From the NCBI GenBank assembly GCA_023213395.1, contig CM041465.1, positions 92,449,741 through 92,513,740 of the forward strand: a stretch of DNA of 64,000 nt. Reading direction: 5' to 3'. This DNA comes from Cycas panzhihuaensis. Lineage: Eukaryota; Plantae; Cycadophyta. Below are positions 24,966-38,234 of the stretch, one piece after another. A program made the translations under genes and the position numbers. The notes under the pieces are model-generated. The model made no database searches, had not been told where the DNA came from, and worked only from the letters and a program-made list of their open reading frames with translations. Positions within the stretch are counted from its first letter, which is position 1. Each line of letters opens with the position of its first letter.

Positions 24966-26411
24966 ATCTTATGACATGATAGAGAATGAATCTTATGATG
25001 TGACAGAAAAGAGACCCAATGATATGACAATCAAAGTTAAATTTCTAGAAGTTAAAGTCAAAATTGCAGTTATTATTTTTTGTATAAATAAAGCATTATT
25101 TATTTATAGTTTTTTTACATTATTCCATGGTAAAGAGACATATGTGGCTATAAAGACGAGAAGAGTTGAGAAATGTCAAGTTAAAGATCAGAATTTTAAA
25201 GTTTTTTTCAAATACAAGTTCTATAAGTTCAAGGAGAAGATACAAGTATTCGTGATGACCATTAAAGGGGAGAATGTTGGAGTTAATCGTCATCACTCCA
25301 CTCTCACCTTCCAACTAGGATTGTACACCTCATCAACCTTATTTTACACATGTGGGTACTCAACATGTGTAGGTAAGTTAAGGTAAATTAATGTTAATTT
25401 GAGTTAGTTTCATTTGAGTTAAGTTAGTATTATTTTATTGTTAATTTAAATTTCAGGGGTTGAGGAGTTTCCCTCCTCCCCCAAAATTATAAATATTGAG
25501 GGGTGTGCAACCCTGGTGTCTTTAGACACTGCCCTCATTTGGGAAATTTGTAATGCTCACTTCTCGCAATAGATTGAATATATAAATTTCATGTGTTTAT
25601 GCTACAACAATGTATTGATGTATTGATCTATTAAAGATTATTCTATGTTCTGCCATGTTCTCTTGTAATTATTTTCCTTCATTTGGTATTAGATCATAGT
25701 TTAGCTACATTATATTTCCAATAATAACAAGATCTAAAATAAATATATCAATAGATAAATAAATAAACAAATGTAATAGTGAAACATAGATTTGTAGTGG
25801 AAAACCCCTGAAGAGAAAAACTACCCCCTAAAGTACTAGCTCATTTATTAATAAACTTAAATTTAATTACATATCTCTTGTATCTATTTTATTCTTAATT
25901 CTTTTAGATCTTGGGTGCTCATCTCTCTAGTTAATATAAAATACTTGATATTTTTTTTATAGAATTGCCCCCATATAATTGACTAATAATATATAACCTC
26001 TTAATTAACTAATCATGAAAGGTAATATTAAATTAATACCTCCTAATATTTTAATTATGGATGAAAGGTTTTGTTAACTCTTAAAGTACTTTAGCCCTAA
26101 ATTTTAAGATATTTGTTAGGGTATCATGATGGAAAAAAAGTAAAATAATAATGAAGATTTTATGGGATGCAAGACAATATAAAATGATACAATTATAGAT
26201 TTATAAGGTGTTAGTTGTAAACTTCTTAAAGAGGAAATGGGGTGTCAATATGAGGGTGATTGATGGAAGAAAAGAGGTAAAGGTGCAATTAGGGATGAAG
26301 GTAAAATCATAGTGGAAAGTAAGAGAAAAAAATATAAAGTAATGATGAGGATAGGGAGGGGATAGTCACAATTTACTTGAAAGAGAATTACATGATTTAG
26401 ATCATAGGATC

Positions 26412-29400
26412 TGTTAGAAATATTGTGTGCAAGTGATGTTAAAATATACATTACATAGCTCTAACACCATGTTAGGAAAAACCATTTCAATGAAGCATAT
26501 ATACATATATATCATGTAATAAGATGTAATAATAAGTACACAAAAGATAAAGTATGTATTAACATACAAGTTAATAAATAGATGGAAAATGGTCATTTCT
26601 AAAAATTGTATTATGAGATAATATATACTTATAAATATATACACCTCATCAATATCTAATCACCTTTGAGAACCTCTATAGAGACCTATGAGAATATATG
26701 TGAAAAAGTGAGCTTTACACAACTTTTCATAGGCTCCCATATTTATGATTACATTAGAGAGAGTATATGAGAGGAGTTTAACAATAATAATTAAATATTA
26801 TTCCTAATGTGTCTTTTATAATATTTAATTATTATATAAATATGATATCACATGAATATTTTTGCCTTTGTTTTTAATATAATAAGTTGTTGTCTTTACC
26901 CAAAAAGCTAAACTTCATATTGAATAGTTTACGAGCCTTCTTCAACTTGAATCTAACTACTAACATCTATATAAAATAACAACCATTTGCCAAATTATAT
27001 AGATAACTAGCCACTACAACTATTAGTCTTCTAAGTGGTTATGGTATGTGGTTTGTTAGCTAATAATACCACCAATAATGTGTATCCCAAGAACAAGCCA
27101 AAATACCTAATTAGATAGATGTGTTGTTGAGTTTACAATGGATCTCAACCCTTTAACTAATCAAAGTTTCATATAAATATCTTCTATACAATTACAAGTT
27201 CAAAAAATAAGAGGAAATAAGGTATATTACGACTAAACTTTTTAACTGTTAATTGTTTCATCAAAATAGTATAGGTTTCCATGTCATTAATGACATAATA
27301 AACATAAAATTGAGCCTTTCAATAAATTCCTTTCCCAATTTTGGTATACTTATGTTATAATATCTTGGAACCATAAAAATATAACCTTAAAAATGATTAA
27401 ATGTACATGAAAAAAAAAAAAATTTTGAACCCACAAAAGAGCATTTTTCTCTTCTATCTATTTTGACCATTAAAATTTATACCAAATCTTCATCAAATGG
27501 GCTTATGTAACTAACCATTTCAAAATAACACAACTAACAGAATTAGATTCTAATGTTGTATGTAAAAGCTATAATAAAACATAAGATTGTTGGTATAAAA
27601 AATTGAGTGTTAGGTAAAAAAATAAATTTAACCTTTTTTATTTAAGGCATTAATCATCGTTTTAACTCCACATGACCATTTACTAAAATGATGGGACAAA
27701 CTTAAAAATTATGAAATATGATTTAATGTAATGTAAGCATTAGGAAAAATAAAAATTATTCACCAAATTGATTCTTTATGTTAGAAAATGCAACTAAAGT
27801 AAACGAGGTCGACAAGATCTTTCATATCAAGCAAATAACAAGCAGAAGCAGATTACACAGGACACCATATTACCATGGGAAACACTTATGGGTGAAAACC
27901 CACAAATGAATAATATTTCACATTATGACAAAATGATATATTACAAAGATGGACTTTGATTTATATTTATAGATCTAAAGTGCCAAGTATAATTACAAAT
28001 ACATCCATCATCTCACTACAATCGAGGATATTCCTCCACATAATTAGGTATAAAAATATGAGGCCTATTTTACATTAGGTGGTATGGTCACATATTTTAA
28101 CATCCCCTCTTAATGTAAATGTGGGGCAAAAAGGATTATCATTAGGAATAAATCCCCTCTCAAGGATAACCTTACCCAACCCAATATGCACGAACGTCGA
28201 TGTAGTGATCTTCACTCTGATGTAATGGTGTCATGTCTTATATGTGCTCAATTCTTTGGAAATACTCTAACAGACCTACAACCATATAGCTCTTTCTACA
28301 CCTGACACTTTGTCCATTCAAATCAGTCATATTTCTTTGACTAAACTAAGAGGTTGAGCAACTTGAACCATGTGAATCTCCTCTTCAAGTCTTCATTAAG
28401 GAATATTGATACAATACGATATGATATGATACCCAACTATCTAAACCTACTGAAGTAATGATCAAATGGACCATAAACAACATAGATACTAGTGCTAAAT
28501 ATCTCATCATACCTTAATCCTTCTTCTTATTAGAAATCCTACGCAACAAGCTTACCGACTTGTAAACTGGCCAGGTTCTTGCTTCAATATATCTCTCCAT
28601 CGTGAATCTATACTCACTGGAACGTTGGTATCTATCTTAAGTTTTGACTGGCATGCTGATCTGTGATCTTCAATTATCCTGTAGGTCTTCAACTGTCAAT
28701 GGAACATAGGGTTACAATCCATGTCTCATCATATAACCGCTCCTCATCATCAATACATCCTTTGGGTCTGCCTTGAGTCTCAAGCACAATGTTAGGCAAA
28801 CAAACCTCCACACCTATTGAATAACATCTTAGAAAAGTGAAGTAATAAAGGATATAACCTATAATCAAATGATACTTAACATGATATGTCAGTAACTCTA
28901 TAACATCTAAACTGATCACAATGTATTTCCCCTACAGATTATACTATTTATAACCTAAACAACTGATACGCTTCAAACGATTATAATCTTACTACTGCAA
29001 TCTTTGTCTAAGATGTATGCACTCCAATGCACCAAAGGAATGAACGGAAGGATTTTGACTTAGTTCAAACACAAATCATGAGGGGAATATATACCACAAA
29101 CAGTATCAATAGGGGTACCTATACCTATCTGCTACAACTTCTACCAACAAACATGGGAGGTAAACTATAACATGTACCAACCTCACCATCTGCATCATGA
29201 TACCCATCTGCAATACAACCTTACGGGCCAGTGGTATATACCATACCAAATACATAACTGATTTTAAGGCGTCTTGTCTTAGACCTTTCCATTCACACTT
29301 TAAATTTTATCAAGTACTCTATCTTAGTTCCACATCAGACTTGTTCAGATATGCACCCATGTTGAACCATCATCAAACATGTCACAAACCTCATGTTAAT

Positions 29401-32400
29401 AGTCCAACTAGCAAAGTATAACGATTCATTATAAATGACAATCATATGAGCAAAATCACCTCATATACATCTAATGTAATAGAACTCGAATGTATACCAT
29501 GAATAAATCACACTTATTTCACTGAATAATCACATAAATCATAAATTTTGTACAATGATCTATGCCATACTCAAACAGTAACAGAGTTTGCATTAAATTA
29601 TAATGAAGGTATCTTATACATGTTCACCTTCACCCAAAATTCACCTATTATTTCCCTCAAACTTGCTCTCAACCTGCTCATCAAAGTCACCCAATATCAC
29701 CCTTAAAACCTGCCTAACATATGCCCAAAACTTGCCATGTAATCACATGCAATAAGTACCTCGCCTCATCTCACCCATTTAAACATGTCTCAATTCGTCA
29801 TTTTTGCCCATAAACTCCCTCATGTAAAACACATACTAAAGAGCATCAATTTTTTCTTATCATCATACCATGACATTGTCTCAATAGCTCTCTTATGTAG
29901 TTACATGCACAAGATCATGCAGTGACTAATATAGTGCCGATACTCACTTTCCTACCAATTATCATACTTGATCCAAAATTCTTAAGGTAATTTTTAGCCA
30001 CTTAATATATTAACAAGACAATGATTCCTCAATAAATACCTTAATATCAATTATATTAAGAAAATATGATATAGACAATAACAAGGTAGCCCAATGATTA
30101 ATATATTACATAATATAAAGAAGAGACTTCATAAAGTAGCAATATATTAGAAGCTCCTTACAAAGGCAATATAATTCAAAATCCATTAAATAATATATCA
30201 ATATATCATTGATATACCACATGATTGATTTTCATTATATAACATGCCTTAGCGACTTTGTGAAAGAAGACGATGGTGGCTATTAACCAGCGAACGGACA
30301 TAACATAAGATAATATCTTGACATGGGTGATTGTTATATAAAAAAAGGATGTACAAGTATCATTAATATCATAGACGAGCATTAATATCAAAAGGTGACT
30401 CTCATCATGCAGATCATGCTGATTGTAAATGTGTAAAGATGATGACAGTGTTTACAAGAAAACAATGACTGTATATACCATGGAGGGCGACTCCCAAAGT
30501 AATTAACTCAGATTATTCATAGGCAACATTATATACTTCAACATACAATGTGACTGCATATATATTATGCTACTGGAAATAAGCGAAAGTATATGTATAC
30601 ATGCAGTGAGTAAAATAACGCAGGCCATATATTAATCAAAGGGATTAATAAAAATAATGACAACTAACATATATGATATACGGTGTAATATATCATATGG
30701 TATAATATAATAATGTAGAGGATATAGGTGGCAAGATTTTGAACACTCAATATATCAATCACTAGTAATAAGCATAAACTAACCAACAATATAATATATG
30801 GGTGATAATATAAATCAGAAACCCTAAAATATTAATGACGTTGTTATATGATGAGCATACCTTTATATTATTGATTGTAATATTGTTTTCACGGCACTGC
30901 AATAGCTTGCTAGGGTTTTTGCACTTTCCCACTAGCAACAGAGGGCTGGCAATCGACTCTAGGGCATCCAAACTTAATGGCAACTTTAAACAAGGATCCA
31001 GTACCTTCAATAGGCTCGAATGACACTCGCATGGCTGACAACGGAGTTAACGCTCATCTATGCACTCCCATATAGCTCAGAATACTTGCAAACAATGGAT
31101 AGAAGGCTCCTAGGATCCTCATCGATCATCTACACTACCGTGGTTGTTCTGTAGGGTTATCGGGCATGTTAATCTGCTAAGGGCAAACCAACATGACCTG
31201 GCACCATCAATTAGACCATCAATAACATTCGTCTACTTGTGCACGACCTTCATGCTCTAATATAATGTTAGAAAACGTAACTAAAGCAAATAAGGTCAAT
31301 ATGATCTTTTACATCAGGCAGATAACAAGTAGAAGCAGATCATATGGGACACCATATTGTCGTGGGAAACCCTTACGGGTGAAAACCCACAAATGAATAA
31401 TGTTTCATATTATGAGAAAATGATATATTATAAATATGAACTTTGATTTATATTTATAGATTTAAAGTGCCAAATATAATTATAAATACATCCATCATCT
31501 CACTACAATCGAGGATATTCCTCCACATAATTAGGCATAAAAATAGGAGGTCAACTTTACATTAGGTGGTATGGTCACATATTTTAACACTTTAAAAAGT
31601 GATGTCAACCTATAATTTTCTTCTATGTTAATCGACAAATTTATCATGTGAAATCGATTTAAAATAATATGAAATTAAAAAAATATCAATTTAACAACTG
31701 CCCACTTGATTTTTCAAAGAGCAAGTATAAATTTTAGATAAAAACAAACTCAGATTTCTCTCCATTACATTGCCACTATTTTTTTTACATCATTTTTTAT
31801 TTTTTAAGGTCTGCTTTGATTTGATTTGATCATAAAGAATGTATGTCAATTATTTAATGGTTACACAAGGTAAATTAGTAATTGAATAATGCTTATTCAT
31901 CAAATAATATAAGAGAAAAATGCCCAAACCACCTCCACTTTGAATTTCATTAATTTTGGATAGCTTTCTTCATATCAATCTTAGAAAAAACCTTGCATGG
32001 GCATTTTATGGATCTAATGAATGACACTCTTAAGGTTTGGTGGCTTTGTTTAAGCTCTACCACCACATACTTATGTCAAACCTATAACAATGATGCTAAC
32101 ATTATAACTTTTATTTCTTCAATTGCATTACATCCTATACCATACTTTTTTTTCTTATTTGGTAGCCTTTTGATGCCTTTTACTTCTCTTATCAACATTT
32201 AAACCTTTGTGGATTCCACATGGCAACTTCTTCCTCTCACTGTGAGCTAGGGTTTAATGATATAGTCTAAAATGAATAGTAAACCTTTGTTAGGATGATC
32301 ATAATATCCTCCAAAAAATTAGATGAATAATCCCCTTTAATAAAGAAATTTATACTTGGCTTCAAAGTTCTTACATACTAATTATTACAATACCATATGC

Positions 32401-32954
32401 ATATAACATGAGTTTAATAAATTAGCATTCAAAATAATTCTCACTATAAATTATGCTTCAAAACTCACCCTACTGTATTTACAATCATTACTTAATTAGA
32501 CATCTATGAATTGGTTATATAACTGAATCTTTAACTCTTCATGTTTTGTTTATGAATGCCCTTTTGAGCTGTATACAATCGTGACTCTAATATCATGTTA
32601 GAAATATTGCATGTGAGTGATATTAGAAATATATTATATAACTTTGATATCATATTAAGAAAAAATATTCAATGAAGCATATATACATAAATAAAGTGTA
32701 ACAGAATGTAATAATAAGCACACAAGATAAAGCATACATTAACACATAAGATAATAAACTATAGGAAATAATTATCTTAAAATATTATATTATAAGAGAA
32801 TGCATTCTTATAGATATATATACCTTATAAATATCCAATTACATATGAGAATTTAAGTTTTTTATAATTCTCCATAGGCTTATATATTCATGATTACATT
32901 CGAGAGAGTGTGTGATAGGAGTTTAATAATAATAATTAAATATTATTCCTAACC
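26412..32954 (-). mobile_element. Element C: old non-autonomous copia-type LTR retrotransposon
   Basis: LTRs 26412-26809 and 32596-32954, visibly diverged. PBS complement actctaatatca 32584-32595. Flanks ggatc/gaatg may be an eroded TSD. Confidence 0.82.
27779..31589 (-). mobile_element. Element D: non-autonomous copia-type LTR retrotransposon nested in C
   Basis: 324-bp LTRs 27779-28102 and 31266-31589 (TG..CA). PPT complement tcccctct 28103-28110, PBS-like gctctaatata before 31266, perfect TSD CTTTA (27774-27778 and 31590-31594). Weak integrase traces at ~29000-29170. Confidence 0.92.
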
Positions 32955-33554
32955 GAATGCCCCATGAAGCATTAGGGCTTATAGAGGGAATAATAACTTT
33001 AAAGATAGGCTAAAATTCTTTAATAAAGTAGGTTATAGAAGAAACATGAGAGATGATGATGCTGCATTTGGTGATCCAAGGATAAAGATAATGATAAAAG
33101 AGAATTATAAGGGTTTGATGGTGGAAAAGAACTAGAAAAGATGGTTGGGAAGAAATGGAGTGTATTCTAGGGTGTTTAATGAAGAAATATTGTTGTTGAT
33201 ATGTGATGATGGTGGTAATAAAATGAAATATAATTGGAATGCTAGGAAAGAGGGTAATGGTGTGGTATTGATATGATAAGGACTTGGGTGAGGGAGGAAT
33301 TTATGGTAATGTTGGATAGTATTCCTAGAATTATGGTAATTTGGTTTTAAAGTTTTTTTTTTTTTTTTTTTTAATGTTTAGGTATAATTATCCCCATTAA
33401 AAGATGAGAGAAATAGTATGTTATCGTTTGGAAGACTAGGTTCTTATTGCGTGGATCTACTTGCAAAAGAAAAGCTTAAAATATATGTGCATATATACAT
33501 GGAAAGAAATTACAGAAACGAAATTATAAATAAAATCTATGATGTGGTGGTATT

Positions 33555-34950
33555 TGTTTTTCTTTTATTAGGTAAAAGAATGATCATGGGTTTTAATATA
33601 AGATCCCAAAACCTTTTATATCATAAGTCACTCAGACCATAAACTTGGATGGCCATGACAAGCCCATGCCCTAGCTCAATCCATCGCACAACACAAACCC
33701 CCCTCCAACGGCAAGCCCTATGGCTAGCTCTGTTGCCTCTCCTAGCCCCAATCCTCCTCAACCAGCCTTATAATTTCCTTTGGGAGATCCTCTCTCCAGA
33801 CCATAGACCTTCTATGGTTCACCCCCCGGTTTGCTAGTTTATCCACCACCTTATTACCCTCTCTGTAAGTATGTCTTATCTGGATATTTCTACTCCCTTT
33901 CGGGGCTTCTTGAGTATCCCCAATCATATCTTGAGTTCTCCAATCTAGCTTAGATATAGCTTTCAAGAGGTTTATTATGTTAAGAGAGTCCCCTTCTAGA
34001 ATTAGCATGTTGTAACCCCCTTTCAGAGCTAGGTCCACCGCTTTCAGTAAAGCTGCCATCTCTGCCCTGTGAGTTGTCTACTTACTGTAATACTTGGTGA
34101 GAGCCTATTTAACCTTCCCTTAGACATCTCTACATACACCCCCCTCTCCCCCCCTCCCCCCCCCCCCGCCCCACCGTCCAACATCCCCAGGGTTACCTTT
34201 CGAAGCACCATCAAATTTTACTTTTACACAAGGATCCTCAAGGGGATCCAGGGATATATTCTTCTCCATTTCTCTTGAATCTTTAGGGTAATCCCCCAAC
34301 TTCTCAATATAGAGCCTTTTTGTATTTGAGATACTTTTGTCATCTTTGGGCTTCACAATCTCCCCCACCTCAGTGTAGATGATATTAAAGACTTTATTCT
34401 CATCCATCTGTCTATCTTAAAAACCCTTTCTATTCCTCTCCTTCTAGAAATTCCACATCATTAGAGGAAGGGAGGCTCTCCAAATATTAGACAAGTATTT
34501 GCTCTTGAAAGGGCTACACCAAGGTAACTATTACTCCACCAGGGATCCAGAAGGCACTCGTTGGATCTCAAAGAGGCCCATCACATTCCTCTAAATACCC
34601 CTAGAAAAAGTGTAGTGAAGGAGAATGTGATCTATTGATTCTTCCTAACCATAACAAAGAACACACCTGTTCGACATCAGAAATCCCCTCTTTATGAGAT
34701 TATCCACCATGAGAATTTTACTCCTCAAGAATATCCACTAAAACATAACTATCTTAGGGAATATATCTAATTTCCATACCTCTTCCAAAAGCATATTCAT
34801 CTGGTCCTCCCTTTCAAGGCACAAGGAGTAGTAACCTTACTTTATAGAGTAATCCCCAGATTGAATCGAGGGCCACACCATAGAGCCCACACCCCCTTTT
34901 TAAGGGATGTAATACCTATCAATTTTTAGTTTAAGGGAAGTTGTTTTATC
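33555..34950 (-). mobile_element. 5'-truncated L1-type LINE with zf-RVT and RNase H
   Basis: VKVKFDGASKGNPG, LILEGDSLNIINLL, HTYREGNKVVDKLAN, GDYSIK. The 3' end ...ttcttttacctaataaaagaaaaa is at ~33555-33580. Confidence 0.85.
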
Positions 34951-35956
34951 TGTTGTGGTATTTGTTATATCCCCTTGGGTGTAGCTATTTTTTGAGTGTT
35001 TGTTAGATTGTATACTAATGTAGGATGTAGTTGGCTAGCTCGCTAGCTTCTTCAATGATCTCTGGTAATATATGTTAGACAATTATTGTTTAAAATGTCC
35101 TTATCTAGAATCTATCTTATAGGAATAAAGGTTGTAGTTGCAGATCATCATATTCTAGATTTTATCAAAGTTTGTTATAACTATTTGGGAATAAAATAAT
35201 AAAGCACATGATTGACTCATAGTTGATAGATATTTTTAAGAGGCCTAAGATGGTATGGTATTTATTTATGTTATTGGTATAGATGTTCCCTATATACTAC
35301 TTATTTTGGTTAATGATGTGTTTGTGGGGATCTCTGATACAACTCTGGTTGGTCTTGAGTTACCTATACTTGCCCCTTTAATATATCCCTAGTAGAAATC
35401 TAGATTGGTACTTATATCATGGACTTAAGAATAATAGATATTTATTGATTTAGTATTGTCTTATTTTGGTGTTTGTTAAGGAGATTGTAATATATTTATA
35501 TTTGTTTATTTTAGGATTTAGGTTTATGGATTTTGCTACTTTGGTTTGGTGTAAGTTTGGGTAATTTATGTCTACATAGGAGGTGTGTGTGTATGTTTAT
35601 AGGATGAAATTGTGGGAGATACTATTGGTATAGATATTAATTTGTTTATTAGTTTACCTTTCATGTAAGAGAGGAAGTGCCTTGACAATTTTTTTTTTAT
35701 AATCATTACTTAATGTGTTGGGATTTTCGTTATTGATTTTGTAACATGTCTATTATGCTGGCAGGGATGGCTTGTTTGTAAGATACATGTCTTGGTATCT
35801 TAATTATTTATCATAAGTGAGTACAATATGATGTATTGAGTCAAATCCATCATAACATATTATCCATGACATATCCACACATTTATTGTCTTTTACATGT
35901 TTTATCATCATATTTGTAGGGTAGTAGGTGTGTTCTTTATTAGATTAGAATATGTT

Positions 35957-37150
35957 ATGGCTAACTTGGAAGATAATCAACTTTTGTATGCTAAATTAAT
36001 TAGAGTATGGTCACCCAAAGGTGTTGAGCTTAGTTTGTTTACTACACATAAGGGAGATGGTGCCTAAGAAAGATAAGAAGCTCGTTTTGAAAATATTTAA
36101 TAAGCTAAGTCCTCCCTCCTTACTATATATTTGGATTACAATGTTGTTGCTAATGTACTATATAAGGTTTATTCTAAAACTTTGATGTCTTGTTTTGTAA
36201 GCCATCCTCCTCTCAATACAATTTTGAGATAATGGGTTTGGTAGTCCTTAAAGGCCTTCCATTAAAAAGCAAGCTCTATTAGAAATCTATCCAAAGGTTA
36301 CTTCTCACTTATATTTGAATCTCCTAAGGCTTCTAAGTAGGTGATCAAGAGAGAAATTTTGGATGTGTTGAAGGAAACTTATAGTCTTTAATTAGTAGGA
36401 ATATAATTTTTTAGTTGATAATGTCATTGCATTCAAGTGCTTAGTGTGGATTAAATTTCTTAGTCTCCCTTTATATCTTTGGACTTTTATTAAGAAGCAT
36501 ATCCAACCCTTAGGTATATTTGTCTCTCTAAAATATGAGTGCAAATTTTACACCTTACCAAATATCAAGGTGTGTATTAGGATTGACTTATTAAAGGACT
36601 TACTAGAATATATCTTAATTCAATGTGGTGTAAAGGTATTAAAGTAAAGGATTATTTTTCTATATGTCCCTAACACATGCTTTAGATGCCATTTTAGAGA
36701 CCACATAATCAACGATTATCCTTTGGTTATTATCGAATCTGAATTACTTATCCCACCTAGAAGGGATGTTTAGCAAACTGTTATTGAACATGAAAATAGG
36801 TGGATCATAGTTCACAACAAGAAATTGGCAAATAAGAATGCTAAGGCTAAGGCCCTAGAAGTAAGTAACAAATCTCATACTCAAGGATAAGAGAAGTAGG
36901 TGACTTTCCCCAAAGATTCTAATATTATTAAAAAGGACAAGGAAATGACATAGTCTCCATAATCCAAAATTTGTAAAACACCTCTTATAGTCCCAAAGCT
37001 CATTTCTCTATTTAACCTCCTCAAGCTTAAGAGGAATAAGATTCAGTATGAGGAGTCTAAAGGAGAAAATTCTATTATAGGTTCTTTTGATCCAATTATT
37101 AAACACCTTAAAGCAAACGCTAATAAAATAAATGTAAATGGATTCCATAT
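35957..37150 (+). mobile_element. Decayed L1 ORF1 (DUF4283-type region plus zinc knuckle)
   Basis: KGYFSLIFE, VWIKFLSLPLYLW, KVCIRIDL, YVPNTCFRCHFRDHII. Confidence 0.7.
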
Positions 37151-38194
37151 TTTGGCCTCTATTCTAGATAAGTAGGGAGGACCCATGGAAGTAGAAGAAC
37201 AAAATAATAATGAACATAATTAGTTAGAAAGTGAGAAGTCTTTCTGATTAGTTCAAGCATGTACTAGTTAATAAGTTTCATCATAAAATTCCTCAACTTG
37301 GTGTGTTTTGTTTATAGGAGGTTAAATGCTCTAGTAGGTATCTAATTTAATATAATGAGGAAAAATAGGGTGATGTCATAATGATCAACCTTTCTATTAG
37401 TAATAAGATAATATTATCTAGGATAGACTTGGGAAATATGTGTGTTTGGATTTTAGTTTAAATAAAGCATATGCCATATCTGAGTAAAGAAAAAAAAATG
37501 CACCATCTGTAGGGTTTTTTAGATAGAATTATTTTATCCATTAAATAATTTCATTTATATCATTGTCATGGAAAATGGTATATACATTAAATACAGTAAG
37601 AGGTATAACCAACTAATGAGTAGTTGGTTGTATACTTGTCTCATATGTGGTTTATTAAATCAATGTAAATATTAGAATTAGTAATATCCTAACATTTCTC
37701 CTTAATGCTCACACTGTTAATCCTAACACCTAACCCTTTTCTAAACTTTTGAAATTTATCCAAAGTTAGATGTTTGGTGAGGATGTTTACTAGTTGTTCT
37801 TTTATAAGCTTGTAAATAAGCTTAATATTGTTATTCTAAATTAACTCCTTGATGAAATAATGATAAAATTCAATGTGCTTGGTACACACATGAAAAATTA
37901 GATTCTTAGCTATCTTTAATATACTCTAATTATCACAGTACAATGTTGTTACATCTTCTTGATATAGGCCCATATCATCAAGAATCTATCTAATCTTAAG
38001 CTATGTGGCTTCTGATGTTGTTATAACTGCATCATTATATTCTACTTCAATCAAAGTAAGAGTGATATTTAGTTACTTCTTGTAGCTCTATGTTATGGAC
38101 ATAGAACCTAGATTGAAACAATAGTTAGACGTAGACTTTCTACTATCAACACATCTAACCAAATATAAATTTATATAACTGACTACCAGTGAGC

Positions 38195-38234
38195 ACCGCG
38201 ATAAACTTAGCGGTACCGCTAAGTTTATCGCGGT
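38195..38234. repeat. Perfect 40-bp palindrome in the LTR of E
   Basis: accgcgataaacttagcggt|accgctaagtttatcgcggt is its own reverse complement. Confidence 0.97.

Larger units (their letters stand above)
19827..25723 (+). mobile_element. Element B: non-autonomous copia LTR retrotransposon with captured host fragments, nested in the 5' LTR of A
   Basis: LTRs 19827-20266 and 25275-25723. PBS tggtatcagag 20269-20279, PPT aaaggggagaa 25264-25274, TSD ATAAC (19822-19826 and 25724-25728). Confidence 0.93.
17045..26050 (-). mobile_element. Element A: old non-autonomous Ty1/copia LTR retrotransposon
   Basis: 3' LTR 17045-17571 (TG..CA) followed by PPT complement tctcctct. PBS(Met) complement ctttgatacca at 19701-19711. 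5' LTR is 19712-19826 plus 25729-~26050, split by element B. Only traces of pol remain. TSD not resolved. Confidence 0.85.

Noticed and set aside
37604-37632. 12-bp-arm hairpin in a copia LTR
   Set aside because: Short inverted repeats are common in LTRs and there is no second copy for support.
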